Notes: generated by a model from the sequence alone, not told the origin. Shown: positions 1 through 9,624, numbered from the stretch's first letter. The stretch: DNA of 64,000 bases from Alphaproteobacteria bacterium (GCA_965212115.1 CBDBUR010000002.1:1025948-1089947), one strand, 5' to 3'. A program made the numbers and translations.

Positions 1-147
1 GCTCCGGTTCCCGTGAGGCCAATGAGCGCACAACAAAAACCAAGCGCTAGAAATAAAAGTGATCGCATTTTCTATCTCCTGTTTAAGTTCACGAGTTCAT
101 TATAACATATTTTATCGTCCGCAAAGACGATTCAGATTTGCGCAGAT

Positions 148-2826
148 TTACGACGCTGCGAGGCCGTCGAGCACAAAGGGCAGAATACCGCCCGCTTTGT
201 GATAGGCGACTTCGTCGCCGGTGTCGATCCGGCAGGTGAGAGTGATCTTTTTTTGCGAACCATCGGCGAAATTGATTGTCGCGCTGATTTTCTGCCGCGG
301 CGTGATCTGTTCGGGCGCTTCAATCGTGATGTCTTCAGCACCCGTGAGGCCTAGCATTTGCCAGTTTGTGTTTTCGTCAAATTGCAGCGGCAGGATTCCC
401 ATGCCGATCAGGTTGGAGCGGTGGATGCGCTCGAACGATTGTGCGACCACCGCTTTGACGCCGAGCAGACGCGGTCCTTTGGCGGCCCAATCACGGCTTG
501 AGCCGGTGCCATATTCGCGTCCGGCGAACACGACGAGCGGAATGTTGTTTTTCATATAATGTTGCGCGGCATCATAGATCGTTGTTGAGCTGCCATCGGG
601 GAAAGTTTTTGTGATCCCGCCTTCCGCGCCGGGGACGATCTGATTGCGCAATCTGATGTTGGCGAAAGTGCCGCGCGCCATGACATCATGATTGCCACGC
701 CGCGCGCCATAGGAATTGAATTCGCGTCGTGTGATCTGGCGCTCTTCGAGATATTGCGCCGCCGGAGACCCAGGCGCAATCGATCCCGCCGGAGAAATAT
801 GATCGGTCGTGATCGAATCGCCGAGCAAAGCTAAAATTTTAGCGCCTGCGATTTCCCCGCCGCCTTTAATTTGATCTTCAAAGAAAGGCGGTTTGCGGAT
901 ATAGGTCGAGGCTTCAAACCATTGATAGACATCGCCCTGTTCGGGCTTGATCTGGCTCCACGCTTCATCGCCCTTGAATAGATCGCCATAGCGGTTGCGA
1001 AACATTTCGCGCGTAATGTTTTGCTGCACGATTTGAGTGATTTCATCATCGGACGGCCAGATCTCCCGAAGATAGACCGGCGCGCCATTTTGATCGCGTC
1101 CGAGAGGGTCTTGGGTCAAGTCGATGGTCATTGAGCCCGCAAGCGCATAGGCGACGACGAGCATCGGCGAAGCAAGGTAATTCGCTTTGACTTCGGCGTG
1201 GATGCGGCCTTCAAAATTGCGATTGCCCGAAAGCACGGCGGCCACAGTGAGATCGTTTTCTTTGATCGCTGCTGAGATTTCTTTTTTGAGCGGCCCTGAA
1301 TTGCCAATGCAGGTCGTGCAGCCAAAGCCGACAATGTTAAAGCCGAGACGATCAAGATCATTTTGCAGGCCCGATTTTTCAAGATAATCGGCAACAACTT
1401 GTGATCCCGGCGCAAGGGAGGTCTTGACCCAAGGCCTCACTTCGAGGCCTCTAGCGCGCGCCGCGCGCGCGATCATGCCTGCGCCGAGCATAACACGCGG
1501 ATTAGATGTGTTCGTGCACGATGTAATCGCCGCGATGACTATGTCGCCATGCCCGAGACCGTGTTCGCTGTTGGCCACTTGATGTCTTTGCGTGAGCTCT
1601 TGCTCGGCCACTTTGGATTCTTTTGTCAGGAAGGCGCGAAAGTTTTGCGCCGCCTGCGTCAGCACGATTTTGTCTTGTGGGCGGCGCGGGCCAGCAAGAG
1701 AAGGGCGCACTTCACTGAGATCAATGTCGAGAATATCGGTAAATGTCGGCGGTTCGACGGCGGCATCGTAAAGTAATCCCTGATCTTCAAGATAGGTCTG
1801 AACGAGATCAATCTGTTCGTCATCGCGGCCTGTGGCGCGCAGATAATCCAAAGTTTTGCTGTCGACTGGAAAAAAGCCGCACGTCGCGCCATATTCGGGC
1901 GCCATATTGGCAATCGTCGCGCGATCTTCGAGCGCCATCTGCGCCATGCCTTCGCCGAAAAACTCAACAAATTTTCCGACAACTTTTTTCTTGCGCAAGG
2001 CTTCGGTCGTTGTCAGCACAACATCTGTCGCGGTGACCCCAGCTTGCACCACACCTGTCAATCTCACGCCGATCACTTCGGGCAGCAGCATCGAAATCGG
2101 CTGTCCGAGCAGAGCGGCTTCGGCCTCGATTCCGCCAACGCCCCAGCCCAGAACGCCGAGCGCATTGACCATCGTCGTATGACTGTCGGTGCCGACCAGA
2201 GTGTCGGGATAGGCCAGCTCAGCGCTGTCGACATCGCGCTTTGTCCAGATGACGCGCGCGAGATATTCTAAATTGACCTGATGACATATCCCCGCGCCCG
2301 GCGGCACAACGCGAAAGTTTGAAAAAGCACCTGCTGCCCAGCGCAAAAAAGCATAGCGCTCGCCATTGCGCTCATATTCGCGCTTGATGTTTTGCGCCAT
2401 CGCCTCCGACGTCCCCGATCGATCGACCATCACCGAATGGTCAATCACCAGATCCACCGGAACAAGTGGATTGATCTTTTGCGGATCGCCGCCGCGTTTG
2501 GCGAGCGCGTCGCGCATCGCAGCGAGATCGGCGACCGCCGGCACGCCGGTAAAATCTTGCATCAGCACACGCGCTGGCCGATAGGCAATCTCCTGCTGCG
2601 AGCGCCTTTCCTCAAGCCAGAGCGCCACCGCTTCAATATCAGACCTCGTCACCGAGCCGCCATCTTCATGACGCAGCAGATTCTCAAGAACGATCTTCAG
2701 CGAAAAAGGCAGATGGCGAATGTTCTCAAGTCCGTTGGTTTCGGCCTCTTTGAGGCTGAAAAACCTATATTCCCGCGCGCCGACGCTCAATATCTGGCGG
2801 GCGCGGAAGCTGTCTAGATGTTTCAT
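148..2826 (-). CDS. acnA: Aconitate hydratase A (aconitase)
   Basis: 892-aa ORF. The translation shows the aconitase family architecture: the [4Fe-4S]-ligand region 'SCTNTSN', the 'GxGSSRDWAAKG' swivel-domain motif and full length typical of AcnA/IRP-type aconitases. Confidence 0.95.
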   Translation of the reverse strand: MKHLDSFRARQILSVGAREYRFFSLKEAETNGLENIRHLPFSLKIVLENLLRHEDGGSVTRSDIEAVALWLEERRSQQEIAYRPARVLMQDFTGVPAVADLAAMRDALAKRGGDPQKINPLVPVDLVIDHSVMVDRSGTSEAMAQNIKREYERNGERYAFLRWAAGAFSNFRVVPPGAGICHQVNLEYLARVIWTKRDVDSAELAYPDTLVGTDSHTTMVNALGVLGWGVGGIEAEAALLGQPISMLLPEVIGVRLTGVVQAGVTATDVVLTTTEALRKKKVVGKFVEFFGEGMAQMALEDRATIANMAPEYGATCGFFPVDSKTLDYLRATGRDDEQIDLVQTYLEDQGLLYDAAVEPPTFTDILDIDLSEVRPSLAGPRRPQDKIVLTQAAQNFRAFLTKESKVAEQELTQRHQVANSEHGLGHGDIVIAAITSCTNTSNPRVMLGAGMIARAARARGLEVRPWVKTSLAPGSQVVADYLEKSGLQNDLDRLGFNIVGFGCTTCIGNSGPLKKEISAAIKENDLTVAAVLSGNRNFEGRIHAEVKANYLASPMLVVAYALAGSMTIDLTQDPLGRDQNGAPVYLREIWPSDDEITQIVQQNITREMFRNRYGDLFKGDEAWSQIKPEQGDVYQWFEASTYIRKPPFFEDQIKGGGEIAGAKILALLGDSITTDHISPAGSIAPGSPAAQYLEERQITRREFNSYGARRGNHDVMARGTFANIRLRNQIVPGAEGGITKTFPDGSSTTIYDAAQHYMKNNIPLVVFAGREYGTGSSRDWAAKGPRLLGVKAVVAQSFERIHRSNLIGMGILPLQFDENTNWQMLGLTGAEDITIEAPEQITPRQKISATINFADGSQKKITLTCRIDTGDEVAYHKAGGILPFVLDGLAAS

Positions 2827-2902
2827 GTTCTAATCCCTTTTTTGCCTTTCGGCGCTATAAATAGGAGCTATAAATATAGCATATCAAACGCTGATAGCCA
2901 AA

Positions 2903-3508
2903 ATGAACCTCAACACGACCTCATCACGAAATTTTGCCGTGCGGAATCTTGAATGTTCTCGCTCAGGGCGGCGAGTTTTCTCCGGCCTGTCTTTCCGCCT
3001 CGAGTCCGCCGAGCTGCTCCATCTGCGCGGCGCAAACGGATCGGGCAAGACAAGCCTCTTGCGCATGATCGCAGGCCTTTTGCCTATTTCATCGGGCGAA
3101 ATCACCCGCTCTGTCGCCTTCCATTATATCGGTCACCGCAATGCACTGAGCACGCCTTTATGCGCGCGTGATATGCTGCGATTCTGGTCCGGACTGATGA
3201 AAGGCGACAAAAACTTCAAAGCTGACGAAGTTCTCAATCATTGGCATTTGCGCGACGTGGCTTCTGTGCCAATCGCCATTCTATCAGCCGGACAAGCGCG
3301 CGCTTTGTCTTTGTGTCGGCTGCGATTGGCGTCGCGCCCGCTCTGGCTGCTCGATGAGCCCGTCGCCGGACTCGATCATATCCGCGTCGATATTTTGCGC
3401 CGACAGATCAAAGATCATCTTGCGCTAGGCGGCATGGTGATTTTAGCCGGTCATGCTCATGAGGCGCTCGACATCAAAGGCAATGTTTTGAATTTAGATG
3501 ACATATGA
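2903..3508 (+). CDS. ccmA: Cytochrome c biogenesis heme-exporter ATPase CcmA
   Basis: 201-aa ABC ATPase with Walker A 'GANGSGKTSLL', an ABC signature region and Walker B 'LWLLDEP'. Overlaps the start of ccmB by 4 nt. First gene of a ccmABCDG run. Confidence 0.85.
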   Translation: MNLNTTSSRNFAVRNLECSRSGRRVFSGLSFRLESAELLHLRGANGSGKTSLLRMIAGLLPISSGEITRSVAFHYIGHRNALSTPLCARDMLRFWSGLMKGDKNFKADEVLNHWHLRDVASVPIAILSAGQARALSLCRLRLASRPLWLLDEPVAGLDHIRVDILRRQIKDHLALGGMVILAGHAHEALDIKGNVLNLDDI

Positions 3509-4161
3509 TGCAATATAACGTCATTTTTCGCCGCGATTTGTGTCTTGTGATCAAGCAGGGATGGGCAGCGCCTTTAGGATTTTTTCTGATCGTCATGCTC
3601 GCTTTTCCTTTAGGCCTGACGCCTTCGCAGGATTTGTCGGGATTAGCTTGCGGGTTGATCTGGGTGGACTTGCTGCTTGCACACTTGCTTATTTTGCCAC
3701 GTCTGTTTGAGGCTGACCTCACCGATGGGGTCATGGATGTTTTGCTCATTGAGACGGAATTGCCGACATTGATGATTATCACAAAGTTTTTTTCTGTGTG
3801 GATTGGCGCTTCTCTGCCTTTGATCGGGCTTGTGCCTTTGGCGGGGATTTTACTGGGTCTTGAGCCATCGGCGTTTGTGCCGCTGATCGGCGCGACTTTG
3901 ATCGGCAGCGTCGCTTTAGTGTTTTTAGGCGGTTTTGCCGCCGCTTTGACCGGAGGCCTGCGCGCCACACAATGGCTGACTCCTTTGATCGTTTTGCCTT
4001 TGGAATTGCCGGTGCTGATTTTTGGCGCTGAGGCGGCTTGTGTGCCGCTCGATGTTTTTTTCACAGCGCCGCCAAGTCTGATATTGATAGGGCTGGTGCT
4101 GATGGTGGTGGCGCTTTCGCCGTTCGCGACGGCGCTGGCGCTGAAATTGCAGGAAAATTAA
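3505..4161 (+). CDS. ccmB: Heme exporter permease CcmB
   Basis: 218-aa polytopic membrane protein immediately downstream of ccmA and coupled to it by an ATGA overlap. Hydrophobic profile typical of CcmB. Confidence 0.85.
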   Translation: MMQYNVIFRRDLCLVIKQGWAAPLGFFLIVMLAFPLGLTPSQDLSGLACGLIWVDLLLAHLLILPRLFEADLTDGVMDVLLIETELPTLMIITKFFSVWIGASLPLIGLVPLAGILLGLEPSAFVPLIGATLIGSVALVFLGGFAAALTGGLRATQWLTPLIVLPLELPVLIFGAEAACVPLDVFFTAPPSLILIGLVLMVVALSPFATALALKLQEN

Positions 4162-4162
4162 A

Positions 4163-4891
4163 ATGAAATCGATGAACGCGATCATCCTTTATGCCAATCC
4201 GGTGCGGTTTATGGCTTTGAGCGCCAAACTCTGGCCGATTTTTGCTGCCGTGACGGCGATGTTGAGCGGGATCGGGCTTTATTTTGTGTTCACCGCGCCG
4301 CCGGATTATCAGCAGGGAATCACGGTGCGAATATTATTCGTCCATGTGCCGTCGGCGTGGATGGCGATGATGATCTATGGCTTTATCGCAGCTTCTTCTT
4401 TTGCGGCATTTGTTTGGCGCGCGCCTCTATCGGATATTGCGGCGCAAAGCGCGGCCTTGCCTGGTCTTGGATTCACTTTCTTGGCGCTGGCGACCGGATC
4501 TTTATGGGGTAGGCCGATCTGGGGACATTTCTGGGCATGGGATGCGCGGCTCGTTTCAGTGTTGGTTTTGTTTTTTCTTTATCTAGGCTATATCGCGCTG
4601 CTGGCTGCGATCGAAGACCGCGCGCGCGCAACAATGGCCGCGCGGTTGTTAGCGATCGTCGGCGTGATTAATCTGCCGATTATAAAATTTTCGGTCGATT
4701 GGTGGAACACTTTGCATCAACCGGCATCTATTTTGCGTTTGGAAGGCCCGGCACTCGCGCCAGTCTTTCTCTGGCCTCTGGCCTTGATGGCGCTTGCGGC
4801 GTTATTTTTGTTTATCACACTTTTAATGGTGCGTATGCGCGCCGAAATCATGCGTCGGCGGATTGAGTCGTTCGTTTTGGCGCGGGAATAA
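4163..4891 (+). CDS. ccmC: Heme exporter protein CcmC
   Basis: 242-aa membrane protein with the CcmC/CcmF/NrfE tryptophan-rich signature 'WGRPIWGHFWAWDARL'. Confidence 0.9.
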   Translation: MKSMNAIILYANPVRFMALSAKLWPIFAAVTAMLSGIGLYFVFTAPPDYQQGITVRILFVHVPSAWMAMMIYGFIAASSFAAFVWRAPLSDIAAQSAALPGLGFTFLALATGSLWGRPIWGHFWAWDARLVSVLVLFFLYLGYIALLAAIEDRARATMAARLLAIVGVINLPIIKFSVDWWNTLHQPASILRLEGPALAPVFLWPLALMALAALFLFITLLMVRMRAEIMRRRIESFVLARE

Positions 4892-4910
4892 GATGGCGCG
4901 GGAATAAGAT
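4879..4910 (+). repeat. Perfect 16-bp tandem direct repeat (GGCGCGGGAATAAGAT x 2) spanning the ccmC stop codon
   Basis: Read directly from the sequence: 4879-4894 and 4895-4910 are identical. The second copy creates the 20-nt ccmC-ccmD spacer. Confidence 0.9.
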
Positions 4911-4911
4911 A

Positions 4912-5046
4912 ATGAGTTATGGCTTTTATGTCTGGGTCTGTTATGCGCTCGCGGCAATGGTTTTGGGCGCGATTTGTTTCGTCAGCTTTTATGATATGGC
5001 GAAGCAAAGAAAGCTTCTCAGCGAGCATAAGGATCAGGCGCGATGA
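4912..5046 (+). CDS. ccmD: Heme exporter protein CcmD (small single-TM protein)
   Basis: 44-codon ORF not in the supplied track (MSYGFYVWVCYALAAMVLGAICFVSFYDMAKQRKLLSEHKDQAR). It has one TM helix followed by a charged tail. Its stop overlaps the ccmG start (ATGA). The position between ccmC and ccmG is canonical. Confidence 0.7.
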   Translation: MSYGFYVWVCYALAAMVLGAICFVSFYDMAKQRKLLSEHKDQAR

Positions 5047-5591
5047 ATCTAAGTTTTCGCATCATTGTTTTTTTGCCCGTTGCGGTTTTCATATTGGCGA
5101 GCGGCGCATTTTTGATCTTTATGCTGAATCAAAGATCTGTCGAAGAAAAAAGCGCAGCTTCTCAGATCAAAATCGCGCCGATGTTTCAATTGACGCCGCT
5201 GCAAGGTTCGGCAATCGATTCTTTTTCGGGCGATGATCTCAGACAGAAGAAGGTTTTTATCGTCAATGTCTGGGCGAGCTGGTGCGCGCCGTGTCGCGCG
5301 GAACATCCTCTGCTGATGAAGCTGACACAGCGCGACGATATCATCGTTGCGGGCATCGCCTATAAAGACGAGCCGGAAAACGCGCAGCGCTTCTTAGAAC
5401 GCTTTGGCAATCCCTATGATCGGCTCGGCCTCGATCAAACAGGCCGCGCTGCTCTCGGCTGGGGGATTTACGGCGTCCCCGAAAGCTTCGTCGTCGATGG
5501 CAGCGGGCGGATTTTGTTTCACCAGCGCGGCCCGCTCACCGATCTCGCGGCGATTACCCGCGCGCTACAACGCGCCCGCGCGCGCCGATGA
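5043..5591 (+). CDS. ccmG: Thiol:disulfide oxidoreductase CcmG/DsbE
   Basis: 182-aa protein with an N-terminal membrane anchor and the thioredoxin-fold active site 'WASWCAPCRAEHP' (CxxC with the CcmG-typical flanks). Confidence 0.85.
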   Translation: MNLSFRIIVFLPVAVFILASGAFLIFMLNQRSVEEKSAASQIKIAPMFQLTPLQGSAIDSFSGDDLRQKKVFIVNVWASWCAPCRAEHPLLMKLTQRDDIIVAGIAYKDEPENAQRFLERFGNPYDRLGLDQTGRAALGWGIYGVPESFVVDGSGRILFHQRGPLTDLAAITRALQRARARR

Positions 5592-6810
5592 GCATATGTT
5601 CACGGCGGTTTTTTATCCTCATCTGATAGACCCGTCCGGCCTCTAAAGGCGCGTCATCCCAGCGTGCGCGCGTATAAAAGGGGGTGCGCCCAGTATAGGG
5701 CGTCTCGGCGAGCACACACTGCGCGCTGCCGATCTGGCTGTTCAAGAAAATCGTCAGGCGCGCCGCAGCCTCTTGACGCAAGAGATCAGCGCGCGCGCGC
5801 GCGATCTTGGGCGCAACAAGCGGCATGCGCGACGCCGCTGTGCCGGGACGCGGCGAAAACGGAAAAATATGCGCAAAAATAATGTCGCAGTGTTTCATCA
5901 GCGCGCGCGTTGGCTCGAACATAGCGGGCGTTTCGGTCGGGAACCCGGCGATCACATCAGCGCCAAAGGTCATCATGCGCCGGGCGCGCAAGCGGGCGCA
6001 CAAAGCGATCACATCTTCACGACAATGTCGCCGCCGCATACGCTTTAAGATCAGATTATCTCCCGATTGAAGTGAAAGATGAATGTGCGGCTGCATGCGC
6101 GGCTCGGCCGCGAGAAGCGACAAAAGCAGCGGATCGATCGCGGCGGGATCAAGAGAACTCAAGCGTAATTTCAAACCCGAAGGTGTTGCGGCTAAAATCT
6201 TTTCGACGAGCGCGCCCAAAGTTATTTTGGGCGACAGATCGCGGCCATAGGAAGTGATATCGACGCCGGTCAAAGTGATTTCGCAATGCCCGGCATCAAA
6301 TAAAGATCGCGCTTCGCGCGTGATATGTTCATCCGGCCTCGAGCGCGATGTGCCGCGTCCTTGAGGAATGACGCAAAAAGTGCATTGCCAATCGCAGCCA
6401 TCTTGAACTTTAAGCATGGCGCGTGTGCGTGATTGTTGCGCCGTTATTGTTGGGTCATCATCGCCAGAGATTTTGCCGCCCGCAAGCGCAGAAAAAACTT
6501 TCGACGAAGTTTTATCTTTATTTTTGATGATGTGATCCACTTCCTGCATGGCGGCGAATTCGCGCGGCGCGATTTCCGATGCGCAGCCTGTGATAAAAAT
6601 TCGTTTTGTCGGGTGTTGGCGCGCGGCACGCCGGATAGCTTGACGCGTTTGGCGCTGTGCGGCCGTTGTTACCGCGCAGGAATTGATAATGACCGCATCG
6701 CCAAGTTTATGCCGCCGCGCAAGCTGGGCCATCACTTCGGATTCATAGAGGTTTAAGCGGCAGCCCAAAGTGATAATCTCAGCGCGCGACATGGACCATC
6801 TCCTCGCCAT
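5554..6810 (-). CDS. mtaB: Radical-SAM tRNA methylthiotransferase (MtaB/MiaB family)
   Basis: 418-aa protein with the N-terminal MTTase cysteine motif and radical-SAM 'CDWQCTFC' (Cx3Cx2C). It lacks the long TRAM-plus extension of RimO, and its size fits MtaB. The true start may be at an internal Met slightly downstream. Confidence 0.7.
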   Translation of the reverse strand: MARRWSMSRAEIITLGCRLNLYESEVMAQLARRHKLGDAVIINSCAVTTAAQRQTRQAIRRAARQHPTKRIFITGCASEIAPREFAAMQEVDHIIKNKDKTSSKVFSALAGGKISGDDDPTITAQQSRTRAMLKVQDGCDWQCTFCVIPQGRGTSRSRPDEHITREARSLFDAGHCEITLTGVDITSYGRDLSPKITLGALVEKILAATPSGLKLRLSSLDPAAIDPLLLSLLAAEPRMQPHIHLSLQSGDNLILKRMRRRHCREDVIALCARLRARRMMTFGADVIAGFPTETPAMFEPTRALMKHCDIIFAHIFPFSPRPGTAASRMPLVAPKIARARADLLRQEAAARLTIFLNSQIGSAQCVLAETPYTGRTPFYTRARWDDAPLEAGRVYQMRIKNRREHMLIGARGRVVARG

Positions 6811-7615
6811 CCCATGCGACCGGGCCGGTCATCAGCACATGGCTGTCGCTTTTGCGCCAGTGAATGTTCAAGACGCCTCCCGGCAGTTCGATTTTGGCGG
6901 CGCGCGCGATGTTCAATTTGCGGCGGTGGGCGGCGATTAAAGTCGCGCAGGCCGCCGTGCCGCAGGCGCGCGTCGCGCCCGCTCCGCGCTCCCAAACTTT
7001 GATTTTTAAATGATCCGACGCTTTTTGCTCAGCCAACGTGATGTTGACGCCTTCAGGAAATAAAGGATCATGTTCCAAAGCTGGACCGATCCTCCTGATC
7101 TCAAGCCCAGACATATCTTGCGGGAAAAAAACAATATGCGGATTGCCGATATTGAGCGCTGTCCCTTGCCCGAGCGCATCAGGCGCAGACGACAGCGAAA
7201 GCCAAGCGGTATCCTCGCGCGCTTGCGCGAGTTTGATCTCACCCCAGCCAAAGCGCGGCGTGCCCATATCCACTTCGATCTGCGCGTCTTTGATCTCGTC
7301 TTTTGCGCGGCAGGCAAACGTTCCGGCCTTTGTCTCAATGAAGACGGCGCGGCGATCCAAACGGCGCATTTCGGCCCAAGCGACGCAGCGCGTCCCATTG
7401 CCGCAGGCTTCGGCCTCGCTGCCATCCTTGTTGAATATCTCCATCAGCAGATCGCCTGAACCGCGCGGCAGCAACAGAAATAAAGCCTGATCGCAGCCGC
7501 CAACGCGTCGCGCCCAGGCCGATTTATCCGCAAGGCTCATCGCCGCCATCGCCCTGATATCGAGGATCGCGAAGCGATTGCCGAGCCCGTTCATCCGTTC
7601 AATTTTGATGTCCAT
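6779..7615 (-). CDS. dapF: Diaminopimelate epimerase
   Basis: 278-aa protein carrying both DapF catalytic-cysteine motifs ('ACGNGTRC' and 'ACGTAACA'). Confidence 0.85.
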   Translation of the reverse strand: MDIKIERMNGLGNRFAILDIRAMAAMSLADKSAWARRVGGCDQALFLLLPRGSGDLLMEIFNKDGSEAEACGNGTRCVAWAEMRRLDRRAVFIETKAGTFACRAKDEIKDAQIEVDMGTPRFGWGEIKLAQAREDTAWLSLSSAPDALGQGTALNIGNPHIVFFPQDMSGLEIRRIGPALEHDPLFPEGVNITLAEQKASDHLKIKVWERGAGATRACGTAACATLIAAHRRKLNIARAAKIELPGGVLNIHWRKSDSHVLMTGPVAWDGEEMVHVAR

Positions 7616-7628
7616 AAACTCATTCTTG

Positions 7629-7665
7629 ACATATTCACCGCTGTTTGACTAATCTATCTTTTCCT
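7629..7665 (+). promoter_or_regulatory. Candidate sigma70-type promoter of rpsP
   Basis: A perfect TTGACA hexamer at 7629-7634 is followed about 18 nt later by TAATCT. A polypyrimidine 5' leader lies before the RBS GGAGG of rpsP. This is a sequence-only prediction. Confidence 0.3.
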
Positions 7666-7681
7666 TTTATCCGGAGGCTGT

Positions 7682-8296
7682 ATGGCTCTTAGAATCAGGC
7701 TGGCGCGCTCAGGCACCAAGAAACGCCCTTTTTATCACATCGTCGTCGCCGATGTCCGCGCGCCGCGCGATGGACGTCATCTTGAGCGGCTCGGCTCTTA
7801 TAATCCGCTGATTTCCAAAACCGCGCCTGTCGGCGACGGCAAAGATAAAGGCCGGATGAGAATCGCGCTTGATGAAGAACGGATCAAGTTCTGGCTCGAA
7901 CGCGGCGCGCAGCCGAGCGATCGCGTGGCGCGATTTCTCGATGCGGCGAGCATCCTTGAGGCCAAGCCGCGACAAAATCCGCAAAAGGCGAAGCCCAAAG
8001 CTAAAGCGCAGGCGCGCGCTCAGGCGATTCTGGAGGCTAAAGAGGCTCAAAAAACAGCTGACGCTGACGCCGCCGCCGCCGCCGCAAAAGAAAAAGAAGA
8101 AGAGGCAACGCCTGCTGAAAAGGCCTCTGCCGAATCTCCCACTGAAGAATCTCCTGCCGAAGAATCTCTCGCTGAAGAAGCCGCCGCGAAAGACACGACA
8201 ATGGAAGAGCCTTTAGAAGAGCCTCCAGCAGAGCCTCCAGCAGAAGAATCCTCAACGGAAGATTCTTCCCAAGACGAACCCGAACAAAAAACCTAA
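7682..8296 (+). CDS. rpsP: 30S ribosomal protein S16 with a roughly 100-aa low-complexity acidic C-terminal extension
   Basis: The N-terminus '[24 protein letters not shown]' is canonical S16. The C-terminal half is an Ala/Glu/Pro/Lys-rich tail ([16 protein letters not shown]...). Confidence 0.9.
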   Translation: MALRIRLARSGTKKRPFYHIVVADVRAPRDGRHLERLGSYNPLISKTAPVGDGKDKGRMRIALDEERIKFWLERGAQPSDRVARFLDAASILEAKPRQNPQKAKPKAKAQARAQAILEAKEAQKTADADAAAAAAKEKEEEATPAEKASAESPTEESPAEESLAEEAAAKDTTMEEPLEEPPAEPPAEESSTEDSSQDEPEQKT

Positions 8297-8331
8297 AGAA
8301 AATAGAAAGAGAATAGATTGAAAGAGATATC

Positions 8332-9048
8332 ATGCCTGACGTAGCTCCTTGGCAGGCAAGTGTGATTACGCTTTTTCCTCAGTTTTTCCCCGGCCCGTTA
8401 GCGGCGAGCTTGATCGGTCGCGCGGCTGACAGAGGCCTATGGAGTTTAGAGGTGATCGATCTCAAAAATTTTGCGCCGACAGATCATCCCAGTCATCATA
8501 TTGATGGTCCTCCGGCGGGTGGCGGCGCGGGCATGGTTTTGCGCGCCGATGTCGCTGCTGCCGCCATCGATGCAACCAAAAGCAAAGATGATCCCCGTCC
8601 GCTGATCTATCTCACGCCTTCCGGTCGCAGGTTGACCCAAGAAAAAGTCGCCCAATTTGTGCAAAGTCAAGGGCTCGTTATTTTGTGTGGCCGTTATGAA
8701 GGCGTCGATCAGCGTGTGCTCGATGCGCGTCAGGCGGAAGAGATTAGTATTGGCGATTTTGTTCTCGCAGGCGGTGAAATCGCCGCGATGGCCCTGCTTG
8801 AGGCGATCATTCGTCTGTTGCCCGACGTGATGGGCACGGCAGCCTCGCTCGAGGAGGAGAGCTTCACTTCCGGCCTTTTGGAGTATCCGCATTATACGCG
8901 CCCGCGTCTATGGGAGGGGCGCACCATTCCCGAAGTGTTGTTATCGGGGGATCACGCCGCAATCCGCGCATGGCGCCGCGCGCGCGCCCAAAGCCGCACT
9001 GAGGCGCGTCATCCCGATTTGATAAAAAAACTTCACCAAAAGAGTTGA
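8332..9048 (+). CDS. trmD: tRNA (guanine37-N1)-methyltransferase
   Basis: 238 aa with SPOUT/TrmD motifs ('LTPSGRRLTQ', 'ILCGRYEGVDQRV', 'SIGDFVLAGGE'). It lies directly downstream of rpsP with no rimM in between. Confidence 0.9.
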   Translation: MPDVAPWQASVITLFPQFFPGPLAASLIGRAADRGLWSLEVIDLKNFAPTDHPSHHIDGPPAGGGAGMVLRADVAAAAIDATKSKDDPRPLIYLTPSGRRLTQEKVAQFVQSQGLVILCGRYEGVDQRVLDARQAEEISIGDFVLAGGEIAAMALLEAIIRLLPDVMGTAASLEEESFTSGLLEYPHYTRPRLWEGRTIPEVLLSGDHAAIRAWRRARAQSRTEARHPDLIKKLHQKS

Positions 9049-9126
9049 AACTCATGCTATATCAGAATTTTCACGCTTTTTAATTTTGTCGCCGCCTCGC
9101 GCGGTCGCAAGCATGAGGCAACTATA

Positions 9127-9606
9127 ATGAATCTGATGGAAAACATCCAAAAGGCGCAGATCGCCGCATTGGCCAAAAACGTGCCTGATTTTGCACCGGG
9201 AGATACGCTCAAGGTCGATATCCGCGTACGCGAGGGCACACGCGAGCGCATCCAAGCCTTTGAGGGCGTTTGCATTGCGCGCAGCGGCGCAAATATGAGC
9301 GAAAATTTCACTTTGCGCAAAATATCGCATGGCACGGGAGTAGAGCGGGTTTTTGCCCTGCATAGCCCGATCATCGCGGCGATCCAAGTGATGCGTCGAG
9401 GTCGTGTGCGCCGCGCCAAGCTCTATTATTTGCGCGCGCTGCAGGGCAAGGCCGCGCGCATCCCAGAAAGACGCGACACCAAATCCGAAGCCAAAACTGT
9501 CGCCAAAAAGAAAACCGTCAAAAAGAAAATCGCTAAAAAAACCGTCGCCAAAAAGAAAACAACAAAAAAAAAGACAGCTTCAAAAAAGTCAAAATCAGTA
9601 AAATAA
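9127..9606 (+). CDS. rplS: 50S ribosomal protein L19 with a lysine-rich C-terminal tail
   Basis: Canonical L19 core ('[30 protein letters not shown]') followed by a roughly 40-aa tail ([37 protein letters not shown]). Confidence 0.9.
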   Translation: MNLMENIQKAQIAALAKNVPDFAPGDTLKVDIRVREGTRERIQAFEGVCIARSGANMSENFTLRKISHGTGVERVFALHSPIIAAIQVMRRGRVRRAKLYYLRALQGKAARIPERRDTKSEAKTVAKKKTVKKKIAKKTVAKKKTTKKKTASKKSKSVK

Positions 9607-9624
9607 AATCGAGGGCAGAAGCTC

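Noticed and set aside
1-147. Possible tRNA or small RNA in the 147-bp leader at the window start.
   Set aside because: No cloverleaf-compatible segments, T-loop (GTTCRANYC) or CCA end could be found by eye. Likely just the 3' flank of acnA plus the end of an unseen upstream gene.
221-2817. Numerous + strand ORFs (e.g. 2392..2817, 1856..2182) inside the acnA locus, and similar nested ORFs inside sucA, priA, atpA and ctpA.
   Set aside because: They lie fully within long, well-supported genes on the opposite strand or in another frame. Their translations are Arg/Ser/Pro-rich, as expected for GC-rich out-of-frame reads.
9054-9114. Inverted repeat (CTCATGCT ... AGCATGAG) in the trmD-rplS spacer as a possible terminator or attenuator.
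   Set aside because: The stem is only 8 bp with a roughly 45-nt loop and no U-tract. Too weak to call a terminator. It may be an incidental palindrome or a minor leader structure.
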